From the NCBI RefSeq assembly GCF_050320075.1, contig NZ_CP190018.1: DNA of 64,000 nt; one strand, given 5' to 3'. Within the stretch, counting starts at the first letter, position 1, and each line of letters opens with the position of its first letter. Source of the DNA: Escherichia coli (GTDB lineage: Bacteria; Pseudomonadota; Gammaproteobacteria; Enterobacterales; Enterobacteriaceae). Position numbers and translations under genes: made by a program. Shown here in pieces: positions 34,801 through 44,624 of this stretch. The notes beneath the pieces were generated by a model. The model saw only the letters and a program-made list of their open reading frames with translations. It was not told where the DNA came from and made no database searches.

Positions 34801-35049
34801 CCTCCAGGCACTTCCACTACATGATGACCTGCTCGGTGCCACCGCTCCTTTTCACTATGACGTTAACCTCCCTGTCCCAGGACACCATGCTTTTGTCTAC
34901 ATTCTACGCAAACGGCAACTTTTATAACCAGTGTAAAAATAACGTGCCGCAATAGTCATACCTATTAATGGTAAAAAGCTGTCACAATTCATAAAAAACC
35001 TTAATATACGCCACCCTAAACATAACCAGCGTTAATGTAAGGTTTTTGT

Positions 35050-37287
35050 GTGGACTGGCTTCTTGATGTTTTTGCTACCTGGCTCTACGGCTTAAAAGTA
35101 ATCGCGATAACGTTAGCGGTCATCATGTTCATCAGCGGGCTGGACGATTTTTTTATTGATGTCGTCTACTGGGTACGCCGCATTAAACGCAAGTTGAGTG
35201 TTTATCGCCGCTACCCGCGAATGAGTTACCGCGAACTGTATAAACCAGATGAAAAACCGTTAGCGATTATGGTTCCGGCGTGGAATGAAACGGGCGTCAT
35301 CGGCAATATGGCCGAGCTGGCGGCGACCACGCTCGACTATGAAAACTATCATATCTTTGTTGGCACCTACCCCAACGACCCCGATACTCAGCGTGATGTT
35401 GACGAAGTGTGCGCTCGCTTCCCGAATGTGCATAAGGTAGTCTGCGCGCGACCTGGCCCCACCAGCAAAGCCGACTGCCTGAACAACGTGCTGGACGCCA
35501 TCACCCAGTTTGAGCGTAGCGCCAATTTCGCTTTTGCTGGTTTTATTCTGCATGACGCCGAAGATGTGATTTCACCGATGGAATTGCGTCTGTTCAACTA
35601 TCTGGTCGAGCGTAAAGATCTGATTCAGATCCCGGTGTATCCGTTCGAACGCGAATGGACGCACTTCACCAGCATGACTTACATTGATGAGTTTTCAGAA
35701 CTGCATGGCAAAGATGTTCCGGTGCGTGAAGCCCTCGCCGGACAAGTGCCCAGCGCAGGCGTCGGTACCTGTTTCAGCCGCCGCGCCGTGACCGCACTGT
35801 TAGCTGACGGTGACGGTATTGCTTTCGACGTGCAGAGTCTTACTGAAGATTACGACATTGGCTTCCGCCTGAAAGAAAAAGGTATGACGGAAATTTTTGT
35901 CCGTTTTCCGGTGGTGGACGAAGCCAAAGAACGCGAGCAGCGTAAATTTTTACAGCACGCGCGGACGTCAAACATGATCTGCGTGCGCGAATATTTCCCC
36001 GATACCTTTTCGACTGCGGTTCGACAAAAATCTCGCTGGATCATCGGCATTGTTTTCCAGGGCTTTAAAACCCACAAATGGACCTCCAGTCTGACGCTGA
36101 ACTACTTTCTCTGGCGCGACCGCAAAGGGGCAATCAGTAACTTTGTCAGCTTCCTCGCGATGCTGGTGATGATCCAGCTTTTGCTGTTGCTGGCGTATGA
36201 AAGTTTGTGGCCCGATGCCTGGCATTTCCTTTCTATTTTCAGCGGCAGCGCATGGTTAATGACTCTGCTGTAGCTAAACTTTGGCTTGATGATTAACCGC
36301 ATCGTGCAGCGGGTGATTTTCGTTACTGGCTACTACGGCCTGACGCAGGGGCTGCTATCTGTCCTGCGTCTTTTCTGGGGCAACCTGATTAACTTCATGG
36401 CCAACTGGCGCGCGTTAAAACAGGTACTTCAACACGGCGATCCACGTCGTGTCGCGTGGGATAAAACAACGCATGACTTCCCCAGCGTGACTGGCGATAC
36501 CCGCTCGTTGCGTCCGTTAGGTCAAATCCTGCTGGAAAATCAGGTCATCACTGAAGAACAACTCGATACAGCACTGCGTAATCGCGTCGAAGGTCTACGC
36601 CTGGGCGGTTCAATGCTGATGCAGGGGCTGATTAGCGCCGAACAGCTGGCACAGGCGCTGGCAGAGCAAAACGGCGTGGCGTGGGAGTCGATCGACGCCT
36701 GGCAGATCCCTTCATCACTGATTGCCGAAATGCCGGCTTCCGTGGCGCTGCATTATGCAGTACTGCCGCTGCGTCTGGAAAATGATGAGTTAATTGTCGG
36801 CAGTGAAGATGGTATTGACCCGGTTTCGCTGGCGGCCCTGACGCGTAAAGTCGGACGCAAAGTGCGTTACGTCATTGTTCTGCGGGGACAAATTGTCACG
36901 GGGTTACGCCACTGGTATGCGCGCCGACGCGGTCACGATCCGCGGGCAATGTTGTACAATGCGGTTCAGCATCAGTGGCTCACGGAACAGCAGGCCGGTG
37001 AAATCTGGCGGCAATATGTGCCGCATCAGTTCCTGTTCGCCGAAATACTGACCACGCTCGGTCATATTAATCGTTCAGCAATTAACGTGTTGTTATTGCG
37101 CCATGAACGCAGTTCTCTGCCGCTCGGCAAGTTTTTGGTCACCGAAGGCGTTATCAGCCAGGAAACGTTGGATCGCGTCCTGACAATTCAACGCGAATTA
37201 CAAGTTTCGATGCAATCACTATTACTCAAAGCAGGTTTAAACACAGAACAGGTTGCGCAACTGGAGTCCGAAAATGAAGGAGAATAA
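35050..37287 (+). pseudogene. nfrB: Phage N4 adsorption protein B (family-2 glycosyltransferase), interrupted by in-frame amber codon
   Basis: ORFs 35050..36273 (407 aa) and 36286..37287 (333 aa) are in the same frame, separated only by TAG at 36271-36273; 407+1+337 = 745 codons, the full NfrB length as I recall it. Confidence 0.8.
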
Positions 37288-40246
37288 CCTTAATCGCGTC
37301 ATCGGATGGTCTGGTTTACTGCTGACGTCTTTATTGAGTACCAGCGCACTCGCAGACAATATCGGCACCAGCGCAGAAGAGCTGGGGCTGAGCGATTATC
37401 GCCATTTTGTTATTTATCCCCGTCTCGACAAGGCGCTGAAGGCACAGAAAAATAACGACGAAGCAACCGCCATCCGCGAATTTGAATATATACACCAGCA
37501 GGTGCCGGATAATATTCCGCTAACTTTATACCTTGCTGAAGCCTATCGCCATTTTGGTCATGATGCCCGGGCGCGGCTGTTGCTTGAGGATCAACTGAAA
37601 CGTCACCCAGGAGATGCCCGACTTGAGCGCAGTCTGGCGGCTATTCCAGTTGAAGTGAAAAGCGTTACGACTGTTGAAGAACTGCTTGCCCAGCAAAAAG
37701 CGTGCGATGCTGCGCCGACCCTGCGTTGTCGCAGTGAAGTCGGGCAGAATGCCCTGCGGCTGGCACAATTACCTGTCGCCAGAGCGCAACTGAACGATGC
37801 GACGTTTGCTGCATCGCCGGAAGGAAAAACGCTGCGAACCGATCTGCTGCAACGCGCAATCTACCTGAAACAATGGTCCCAGGCAGATACGCTATACAAT
37901 GAAGCACGCCAGCAGAACACATTAAGCGCGGCAGAACGCCGTCAGTGGTTTGACGTGCTTCTTGCCGGGCAGCTGGATGATCGGATCCTGGCGCTGCAAT
38001 CACAGGGGATCTTCACCGATCCTCAGTCATATATTACTTACGCGACCGCGCTGGCTTATCGTGGCGAAAAAACACGCCTCCAGCATTATCTCATTGAAAA
38101 TACGCCGCTATTTACCACGGACGCACAAGAGAAAAGTTGGCTCTATCTGTTATCTAAATACAGCGGCAACCCCGTTCAGGCGTTGGCGAATTATACGGTA
38201 CAGTTTGCCGATAACCGCCAGTATGTTGTTGGCGCGACGCTACCGGTGCTGTTAAAAGAAGGTCAGTACGACGCAGCGCAAAAACTGCTCGCCACCCTCC
38301 CCGCCAATGAAATGCTTGAGGAGCGTTATACCGTTAGCGTAGCGACCCATAACAAGGCTGAAGCTCTGCGTCTGGCACGATTGCTGTATCAGCAAGAACC
38401 GGCAAATCTTACCCGCCTGGATCAACTGACCTGGCAACTGATGCAGAACGAGCAGTCACGCGAAGCTGCCGATTTATTGCTGCAACGCTATCCTTTCCAG
38501 GGCGATGCGCGTGTCAGCCAGACTTTAATGGCGCGACTGGCGTCTCTGCTGGAAAGTCATCCTTACCTGGCAACGCCGGCGAAGGTGGCGATTTTATCGA
38601 AACCCTTACCGCTGGCGGAGCAACGTCAGTGGCAAAGTCAGTTGCCGGGTATTGCAGATAATTGCCCGGCAATAGTTCGCTTGCTGGGCGATATGTCGCC
38701 TTCCTACGATGCCGCCGCCTGGAACCGTCTGGCAAAGTGTTATCGGGACACGCTACCCGGTGTGGCGTTGTATGCATGGCTTCAGGCCGAACAACGACAA
38801 CCGAACGCCTGGCAACATCGTGCGGTAGCCTATCAGGCGTATCAGGTTGAGGACTACGCCACCGCACTGGCGGCCTGGCAGAAAATCAGTCTTCACGACA
38901 TGAGCAATGAGGATCTGCTTGCTGCTGCCAATACCGCCCAGGCGGCAGGAAATGGTGCGGCTCGCGATCGCTGGCTTCAGCAGGCAGAACAACGTGGGCT
39001 GGGAAACAATGCCCTCTACTGGTGGCTACATGCGCAACGTTACATTCCTGGTCAGCCGGAACTCGCACTGAACGATCTCACGCGCTCAATCAATATTGCG
39101 CCTTCTGCCAACGCTTACGTTGCGCGGGCGACAATTTATCGCCAACGTCATAATGTCCCGGCGGCGGTGAGTGATTTGCGCGCCGCGCTGGAACTGGAAC
39201 CGAATAATAGCAACACCCAGGCAGCGCTCGGTTACGCCTTGTGGGATAGCGGTGATATCGCACAGTCGCGGGAAATGCTCGAACAGGCGCATAAAGGGCT
39301 ACCGGACGATCCGGCACTTATCCGACAACTGGCCTACGTGAACCAGCGTCTGGATGACATGCCTGCGACGCAGCACTACGCCCGGCTGGTGATTGATGAC
39401 ATTGATAATCAGGCGCTGATAACCCCACTGACCCCAGAGCAAAATCAGCAACGCTTCAATTTCCGCCGTCTGCATGAGGAGGTCGGTCGCCGCTGGACGT
39501 TCAGTTTCGATTCTTCCATCGGCTTGCGTTCCGGCGCGATGAGTACCGCTAACAATAATGTCGGCGGCGCAGCGCCAGGGAAAAGCTATCGTAGCTACGG
39601 GCAACTGGAATCCGAGTACCGCATCGGACGCAATATGCTGCTGGAAGGCGACCTGCTCTCAGTTTATAGCCGCGTCTTTGCCGATACCGGAGAAAACGGG
39701 GTGATGATGCCGGTGAAAAATCCGATGTCCGGCACCGGTCTGCGCTGGAAGCCGCTGCGCGATCAGATCTTTTTCCTCGCCGTCGAACAGCAGTTGCCGC
39801 TGAACGGGCAAAATGGCGCATCCGATACCATGCTGCGCGCCAGCGCCTCATTCTTTAATGGCGGCAAATACAGCGACGAATGGCACCCGAACGGTTCAGG
39901 CTGGTTTGCCCAAAACCTGTACCTCGATGCGGCGCAATATATCCGCCAGGATATTCAGGCGTGGACGGCAGATTATCGCGTAAGCTGGCATCAGAAGGTA
40001 GCTAACGGACAGACTATTGAGCCTTACGCTCACGTTCAGGACAACGGCTATCGTGATAAAGGCACTCAGGGCGCGCAGCTTGGCGGTGTCGGGGTCCGCT
40101 GGAATATCTGGACCGGCGAGACGCACTACGACGCCTGGCCGCACAAAGTCAGTCTCGGCGTCGAATATCAACATACCTTTAAGGCGATTAATCAACGTAA
40201 CGGAGAGCGCAACAACGCGTTTCTCACCATTGGAGTGCACTGGTAA
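37274..40246 (+). CDS. nfrA: Phage N4 adsorption outer-membrane protein A (TPR-containing)
   Basis: ORF 37253..40246; start at MKENNLNRVIGWSGLLLTSLLSTSALA (signal peptide); overlaps nfrB 3' end. Confidence 0.9.
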   Translation: MKENNLNRVIGWSGLLLTSLLSTSALADNIGTSAEELGLSDYRHFVIYPRLDKALKAQKNNDEATAIREFEYIHQQVPDNIPLTLYLAEAYRHFGHDARARLLLEDQLKRHPGDARLERSLAAIPVEVKSVTTVEELLAQQKACDAAPTLRCRSEVGQNALRLAQLPVARAQLNDATFAASPEGKTLRTDLLQRAIYLKQWSQADTLYNEARQQNTLSAAERRQWFDVLLAGQLDDRILALQSQGIFTDPQSYITYATALAYRGEKTRLQHYLIENTPLFTTDAQEKSWLYLLSKYSGNPVQALANYTVQFADNRQYVVGATLPVLLKEGQYDAAQKLLATLPANEMLEERYTVSVATHNKAEALRLARLLYQQEPANLTRLDQLTWQLMQNEQSREAADLLLQRYPFQGDARVSQTLMARLASLLESHPYLATPAKVAILSKPLPLAEQRQWQSQLPGIADNCPAIVRLLGDMSPSYDAAAWNRLAKCYRDTLPGVALYAWLQAEQRQPNAWQHRAVAYQAYQVEDYATALAAWQKISLHDMSNEDLLAAANTAQAAGNGAARDRWLQQAEQRGLGNNALYWWLHAQRYIPGQPELALNDLTRSINIAPSANAYVARATIYRQRHNVPAAVSDLRAALELEPNNSNTQAALGYALWDSGDIAQSREMLEQAHKGLPDDPALIRQLAYVNQRLDDMPATQHYARLVIDDIDNQALITPLTPEQNQQRFNFRRLHEEVGRRWTFSFDSSIGLRSGAMSTANNNVGGAAPGKSYRSYGQLESEYRIGRNMLLEGDLLSVYSRVFADTGENGVMMPVKNPMSGTGLRWKPLRDQIFFLAVEQQLPLNGQNGASDTMLRASASFFNGGKYSDEWHPNGSGWFAQNLYLDAAQYIRQDIQAWTADYRVSWHQKVANGQTIEPYAHVQDNGYRDKGTQGAQLGGVGVRWNIWTGETHYDAWPHKVSLGVEYQHTFKAINQRNGERNNAFLTIGVHW

Positions 40247-41137
40247 ATGCGTAAGTTCATTTTCGTATTGCTGACACTGCTTTTGGTCAGCCCTTTTTCC
40301 TTTGCGATGAAAGGTATTATCTGGCAACCACAAAACCGTGATAGTCAGGTTACCGATACCCAGTGGCAGGGGCTGATGAGTCAGTTACGTTTGCAAGGCT
40401 TCGATACCCTGGTTTTGCAATGGACCCGTTACGGCGATGCATTCACCCAGCCAGAACAGCGCGCGTTATTGTTTAAGCGTGCAGCAGCTGCGCAACAGGC
40501 TGGCCTGAAGCTGATTGTCGGGCTGAATGCCGATCCGGAATTTTTTATGCACCAGAAACAGTCATCCGCGGCGCTGGAAAGCTATCTTAATCGCCTGCTG
40601 GCTGCCGATCTCCAGCAAGCCAGATTATGGAGCGCCGCGCCTGGCGTAACGCCGGATGGCTGGTATATCAGCGCGGAAATTGACGACCTGAACTGGCGCA
40701 GCGAAGCCGCCCGTCAACCTTTGCTGACATGGTTAAACAACGCTCAGCGGTTGATTAGCGATGTTTCAGCAAAACCGGTTTATATCAGTAGTTTTTTCGC
40801 CGGAAACATGTCGCCCGATGGCTATCGCCAACTGCTGGAACACGTTAAAGCAACCGGCGTTAATGTCTGGGTACAGGATGGCAGCGGCGTGAATAAACTT
40901 ACCGCTGAACAGCGTGAACGTTATCTACAGGCCAGCGCCGATTGCCAGAGTTCCGCCCCAGCAAGCGGCATTGTTTATGAACTGTTTGTCGCCGGCAAAG
41001 GCAAAACCTTTACAGCGAAACCGAAACCGAATGCAGAGATCGCCTCGCTGTTAGCGAAACGTTCCTCTTGCGGTAAAGACACGCTCTATTTCTCTCTGCG
41101 CTATTTGCCCGTCGCACACGGCATTCTCGAGTATTAA
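40247..41137 (+). CDS. ybcH: Conserved protein YbcH (DUF4434)
   Basis: 296-aa ORF with signal peptide; synteny nfrB-nfrA-ybcH. Confidence 0.85.
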   Translation: MRKFIFVLLTLLLVSPFSFAMKGIIWQPQNRDSQVTDTQWQGLMSQLRLQGFDTLVLQWTRYGDAFTQPEQRALLFKRAAAAQQAGLKLIVGLNADPEFFMHQKQSSAALESYLNRLLAADLQQARLWSAAPGVTPDGWYISAEIDDLNWRSEAARQPLLTWLNNAQRLISDVSAKPVYISSFFAGNMSPDGYRQLLEHVKATGVNVWVQDGSGVNKLTAEQRERYLQASADCQSSAPASGIVYELFVAGKGKTFTAKPKPNAEIASLLAKRSSCGKDTLYFSLRYLPVAHGILEY

Positions 41138-41319
41138 ATCCCCTCCAGGTAAGTCGGGTACGACCTGGCTTACCTCTTTCGCTCTCGTCAGAATTCCATC
41201 AAGATTAATTGCTAAAAAGCGTGCTAAAGAAAGAAGATCGTTATCGGCGAACGGGCCGATCACTCATGCAGGAAGCATAGATCCTTTGAGCGGAGTTTCT
41301 GATATCTGAGGAGTGCGAA

Positions 41320-42072
41320 ATGCAATTGAGCAGCAGTGAACCTTGCGTGGTGATCCTGACCGAAAAAGAGGTAGAGGTAAGCGTTAATAACCATGCCACG
41401 TTTACCCTTCCGAAAAATTACCTGGCCGCCTTCGCGTGCAACAATAACGTCATTGAACTCTCAACGTTAAATCACGTATTAATCACCCACATCAACCGCA
41501 ACATCATCAACGATTATCTGTTGTTTTTAAATAAGAACTTAACCTGCGTAAAGCCCTGGTCGCGGCTGGCTACCCCGGTTATCGCTTGTCATAGCCGTAC
41601 ACCGGAAGTGTTCCGGCTAGCCGCCAACCACAGCAAGCAGCAACCCAGCAAACCCTGCGAAGCGGAGTTGACGCGCGCATTGCTTTTTACCGTATTGTCT
41701 AACTTTCTTGAGCAATCGCGGTTTATTGCCCTACTGATGTATATCTTACGCAGCAGCGTCCGCGACAGCGTCTGCCGCATTATTCAAAGCGATATTCAGC
41801 ATTACTGGAATCTGCGAATTGTCGCCAGTTCGCTATGTTTAAGCCCCAGCCTGCTCAAAAAGAAATTAAAAAACGAAAATACCAGCTATAGCCAGATTGT
41901 CACAGAGTGTCGTATGCGTTACGCCGTACAGATGTTATTGATGGATAACAAAAATATCACTCAGGTAGCGCAATTATGTGGCTATAGCAGCACGTCGTAC
42001 TTTATCTCTGTTTTTAAGGCGTTTTACGGCCTGACACCGTTGAATTATCTCGCCAAACAGCGACAAAAGTGA
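41320..42072 (+). CDS. envY: AraC-family transcriptional regulator (porin thermoregulation)
   Basis: 250-aa ORF MQLSSSEPCVVILTEKEVEVSVNNHATF... with C-terminal AraC HTH. Confidence 0.85.
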   Translation: MQLSSSEPCVVILTEKEVEVSVNNHATFTLPKNYLAAFACNNNVIELSTLNHVLITHINRNIINDYLLFLNKNLTCVKPWSRLATPVIACHSRTPEVFRLAANHSKQQPSKPCEAELTRALLFTVLSNFLEQSRFIALLMYILRSSVRDSVCRIIQSDIQHYWNLRIVASSLCLSPSLLKKKLKNENTSYSQIVTECRMRYAVQMLLMDNKNITQVAQLCGYSSTSYFISVFKAFYGLTPLNYLAKQRQK

Positions 42073-42125
42073 TGTGGTGAAGGGCAAAGCGGAAACGGAT
42101 AAGACGGGGATAAATGAAGAAGAAA

Positions 42126-42202
42126 TGGCGCGCCCTGCAGGATTCGAACCTGCGGCCCACGACTTAGAAGGTCGTTGCTCTATCCAACTGAGCTAAGGGC
42201 GC
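42126..42202 (-). tRNA. argU: tRNA-Arg (anticodon UCU)
   Basis: Reverse complement reads GCGCCCTTAGCTCAGTTGGATAGAGCAACGACCTTCTAAGTCGTGGGCCGCAGGTTCGAATCCTGCAGGGCGCGCCA; cloverleaf-compatible, anticodon loop CTTCTAA. Confidence 0.92.
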
Positions 42203-42443
42203 GTTGATACCGCAATGCGGTGTAATCGCGTGAATTATACGGTCAACCCTTGCTGAGTCAATGGCTTTTGATCTGGTTGCTGAACAAGTGAACGACCGCG
42301 TCTGATTTTCTGATTTATTCGCTATAGCGGCAAACAAACGCACATCGCTGCGCGTCTGAATCAAGAAAACCCGTATTTTCATGTATCAAAGTACAATTTC
42401 CCGCCCTAACGGAAAATTGTCCGATCCAATGAGACTGGTAACT

Positions 42444-43076
42444 ATGAAACCAACGTCGGTGATCATTATGGATACTCATCCTATCATCAGAATGTCTATT
42501 GAAGTTCTGTTGCAAAAAAACAATGAATTGCAAATTGTCCTGAAAACGGATGATTATCGCATAACCATCGATTATCTCCGAACCCGTCCTGTTGATTTAA
42601 TTATTATGGATATAGACTTGCCCGGAACAGACGGTTTTACCTTCCTGAAAAGGATCAAACAAATCCAGAGCACAGTGAAAGTATTATTTTTATCATCGAA
42701 ATCAGAATGCTTTTATGCTGGCAGAGCGATACAAGCTGGTGCTAACGGTTTTGTCAGTAAATGCAATGATCAGAATGATATTTTTCACGCCGTTCAGATG
42801 ATCCTCTCCGGATACACTTTTTTTCCCAGCGAAACGCTCAACTATATAAAAAGCAATAAATGCAGTACGAATAGTTCAACGGTCACGGTGCTATCTAATC
42901 GTGAAGTGACCATATTACGTTATCTGGTTAGCGGATTATCCAATAAAGAAATTGCCGATAAGTTATTACTTAGCAATAAAACAGTTAGTGCGCATAAATC
43001 TAATATTTATGGCAAGCTAGGTTTGCATTCAATTGTAGAGCTTATCGACTACGCCAAATTATATGAATTAATATAA
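42444..43076 (+). CDS. fimZ: LuxR/FixJ-family response regulator of fimbrial expression
   Basis: ORF 42381..43076; start at MKPTSVIIMDTHPIIRMSIEVLL...; receiver domain + C-terminal LuxR HTH. Confidence 0.85.
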   Translation: MKPTSVIIMDTHPIIRMSIEVLLQKNNELQIVLKTDDYRITIDYLRTRPVDLIIMDIDLPGTDGFTFLKRIKQIQSTVKVLFLSSKSECFYAGRAIQAGANGFVSKCNDQNDIFHAVQMILSGYTFFPSETLNYIKSNKCSTNSSTVTVLSNREVTILRYLVSGLSNKEIADKLLLSNKTVSAHKSNIYGKLGLHSIVELIDYAKLYELI

Positions 43077-43078
43077 TA

Positions 43079-43594
43079 TTAATTATAATTGATCATAAAT
43101 ATCGCATCCGCTTTCGCCACACCTGGCTGAACACCGCTGGCTAACGCTCGATAATTGGCAAAAAAGTTTAGTGTGACATTGCCATTTGCATCTACTTCCT
43201 CAGTCTGGCTCGCCTCCCCCAGTGCGAGCCGGGAGCGATCGCTATTACGTAATTCGATGGCGACGGTTTGTGCCATTGCGGGATCATCCAGAGCCAGCAG
43301 GTTGGCATCAGATGCCGGCGTTCCCGTAAATAAAATCGCAACTGAACCCGGAGGACATCCCTCCAGCCGCAGGCTAAAAGGGACGAGTGCCGTGGTATCG
43401 CCAGCGCTCAGTAATTGTGTCGTAGGCCATCTGCCTAAATCTACCGTCTTATCCTTATCCGCTGTGTTTACGGTACAGGAGAAATCAACAACGTTACCGT
43501 GCAAATTGATATTAATCGTTCCTAAAGGGTCAACTGCCCATCCACTGGAACTCCACAGTAGCCCGCAGAAACAGCTAAAGAGTACTCTTCTCAT
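43079..43594 (-). CDS. sfmF: Fimbrial-like minor subunit
   Basis: ORF 43079..43789; start placed at MRRVLFSCFCGLLWSSSGWA (signal peptide), 171 aa. Confidence 0.8.
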   Translation of the reverse strand: MRRVLFSCFCGLLWSSSGWAVDPLGTININLHGNVVDFSCTVNTADKDKTVDLGRWPTTQLLSAGDTTALVPFSLRLEGCPPGSVAILFTGTPASDANLLALDDPAMAQTVAIELRNSDRSRLALGEASQTEEVDANGNVTLNFFANYRALASGVQPGVAKADAIFMINYN

Positions 43595-43604
43595 TCTCCG
43601 TACC

Positions 43605-44612
43605 TCATTGATAATCGACGCGTAAATACCCCAGCGCGCTAAACGGCCCTTCGGTCGGTTTTTGACCGGTAATACTGATAGGCCAGGCGCGAAGTGTGAC
43701 ATTGGCTGCCGCAGCTGCATCCAGACGGAAAGGAATAACGCTATTGAGATCGTTAGGCGTGATCGGCGTATCGTTCTGATCGGCCACAATAAAACCTAAA
43801 TCCTGATTGTCCGACACCATCGCCTGACCAGAAACGGCACTGGCTTCTAGACGCATTGTTAAATAAGCCTGCGCAGCAACATTCGTACATTTGATCGCAA
43901 TGCTCTTGGTTTGCGGCATGACACCAGCTGGTCGATTCCCCGGCCCTGCCGCACTAAATAACGATGCGCCGATATCACCAAAATCAAATTCAACAATTTG
44001 CCCGGCATTTAATTCGCAGTTTTGCGGTACTTCAACCCGGCCACCAAAACTAATGGTATAAACAGGTGTAACCAACGGATCGTTAGGCGTTGATGTCACA
44101 TACACGGTAAACATCACCTGTCTGGGGATCTCCACCATGTTAATAAAGGGACGAATAACCTTTAAACGAAATATCAAACGAGAATCCATCACCCCGAACG
44201 GAAGGTTTTGCGAAACGTTAGGATCTGTTCCCATACGAATATAATTTTGCGGAGGGAATTGAATATCCATCACGCTATCAACCAGACTCATCGCACCTAA
44301 TAGATAATCATTTAATTGCATATATTTATAATTATCGATAGTTTCCTGAACAATAAAGTTGGTGACATAACTACGGTATGTATAATTCACCAGCGTGCCG
44401 GGTGGACAAATTGCTGACACACCTACCCAGCCGGATTTTTCCGGTAAAACAACAATCTGCCCTGGCTGGTTATTGGTGCTATTAAAGACATTTGAGAGAT
44501 CATAGTGTTCATCTTCTGCTACGCCAGTACTATTTGCACAAACAGTAGCCCAGGATATGTTTGTCAGACACAAACATGCCATTGCCAATAATAATCTGCA
44601 GATTATCTTCAT
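43605..44612 (-). CDS. sfmH: Fimbrial adhesin-like protein
   Basis: 335-aa ORF with signal peptide; FimH-like; exact start uncertain. Confidence 0.8.
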   Translation of the reverse strand: MKIICRLLLAMACLCLTNISWATVCANSTGVAEDEHYDLSNVFNSTNNQPGQIVVLPEKSGWVGVSAICPPGTLVNYTYRSYVTNFIVQETIDNYKYMQLNDYLLGAMSLVDSVMDIQFPPQNYIRMGTDPNVSQNLPFGVMDSRLIFRLKVIRPFINMVEIPRQVMFTVYVTSTPNDPLVTPVYTISFGGRVEVPQNCELNAGQIVEFDFGDIGASLFSAAGPGNRPAGVMPQTKSIAIKCTNVAAQAYLTMRLEASAVSGQAMVSDNQDLGFIVADQNDTPITPNDLNSVIPFRLDAAAAANVTLRAWPISITGQKPTEGPFSALGYLRVDYQ

Positions 44613-44624
44613 TGATAATTTCCT

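Noticed and set aside
41320-42072. envY possibly 3 codons shorter than the K-12 protein (ends ...AKQRQK)
   Set aside because: I cannot recall the reference C-terminus reliably enough to call a frameshift; the AraC HTH appears intact, so it is treated as a normal gene.
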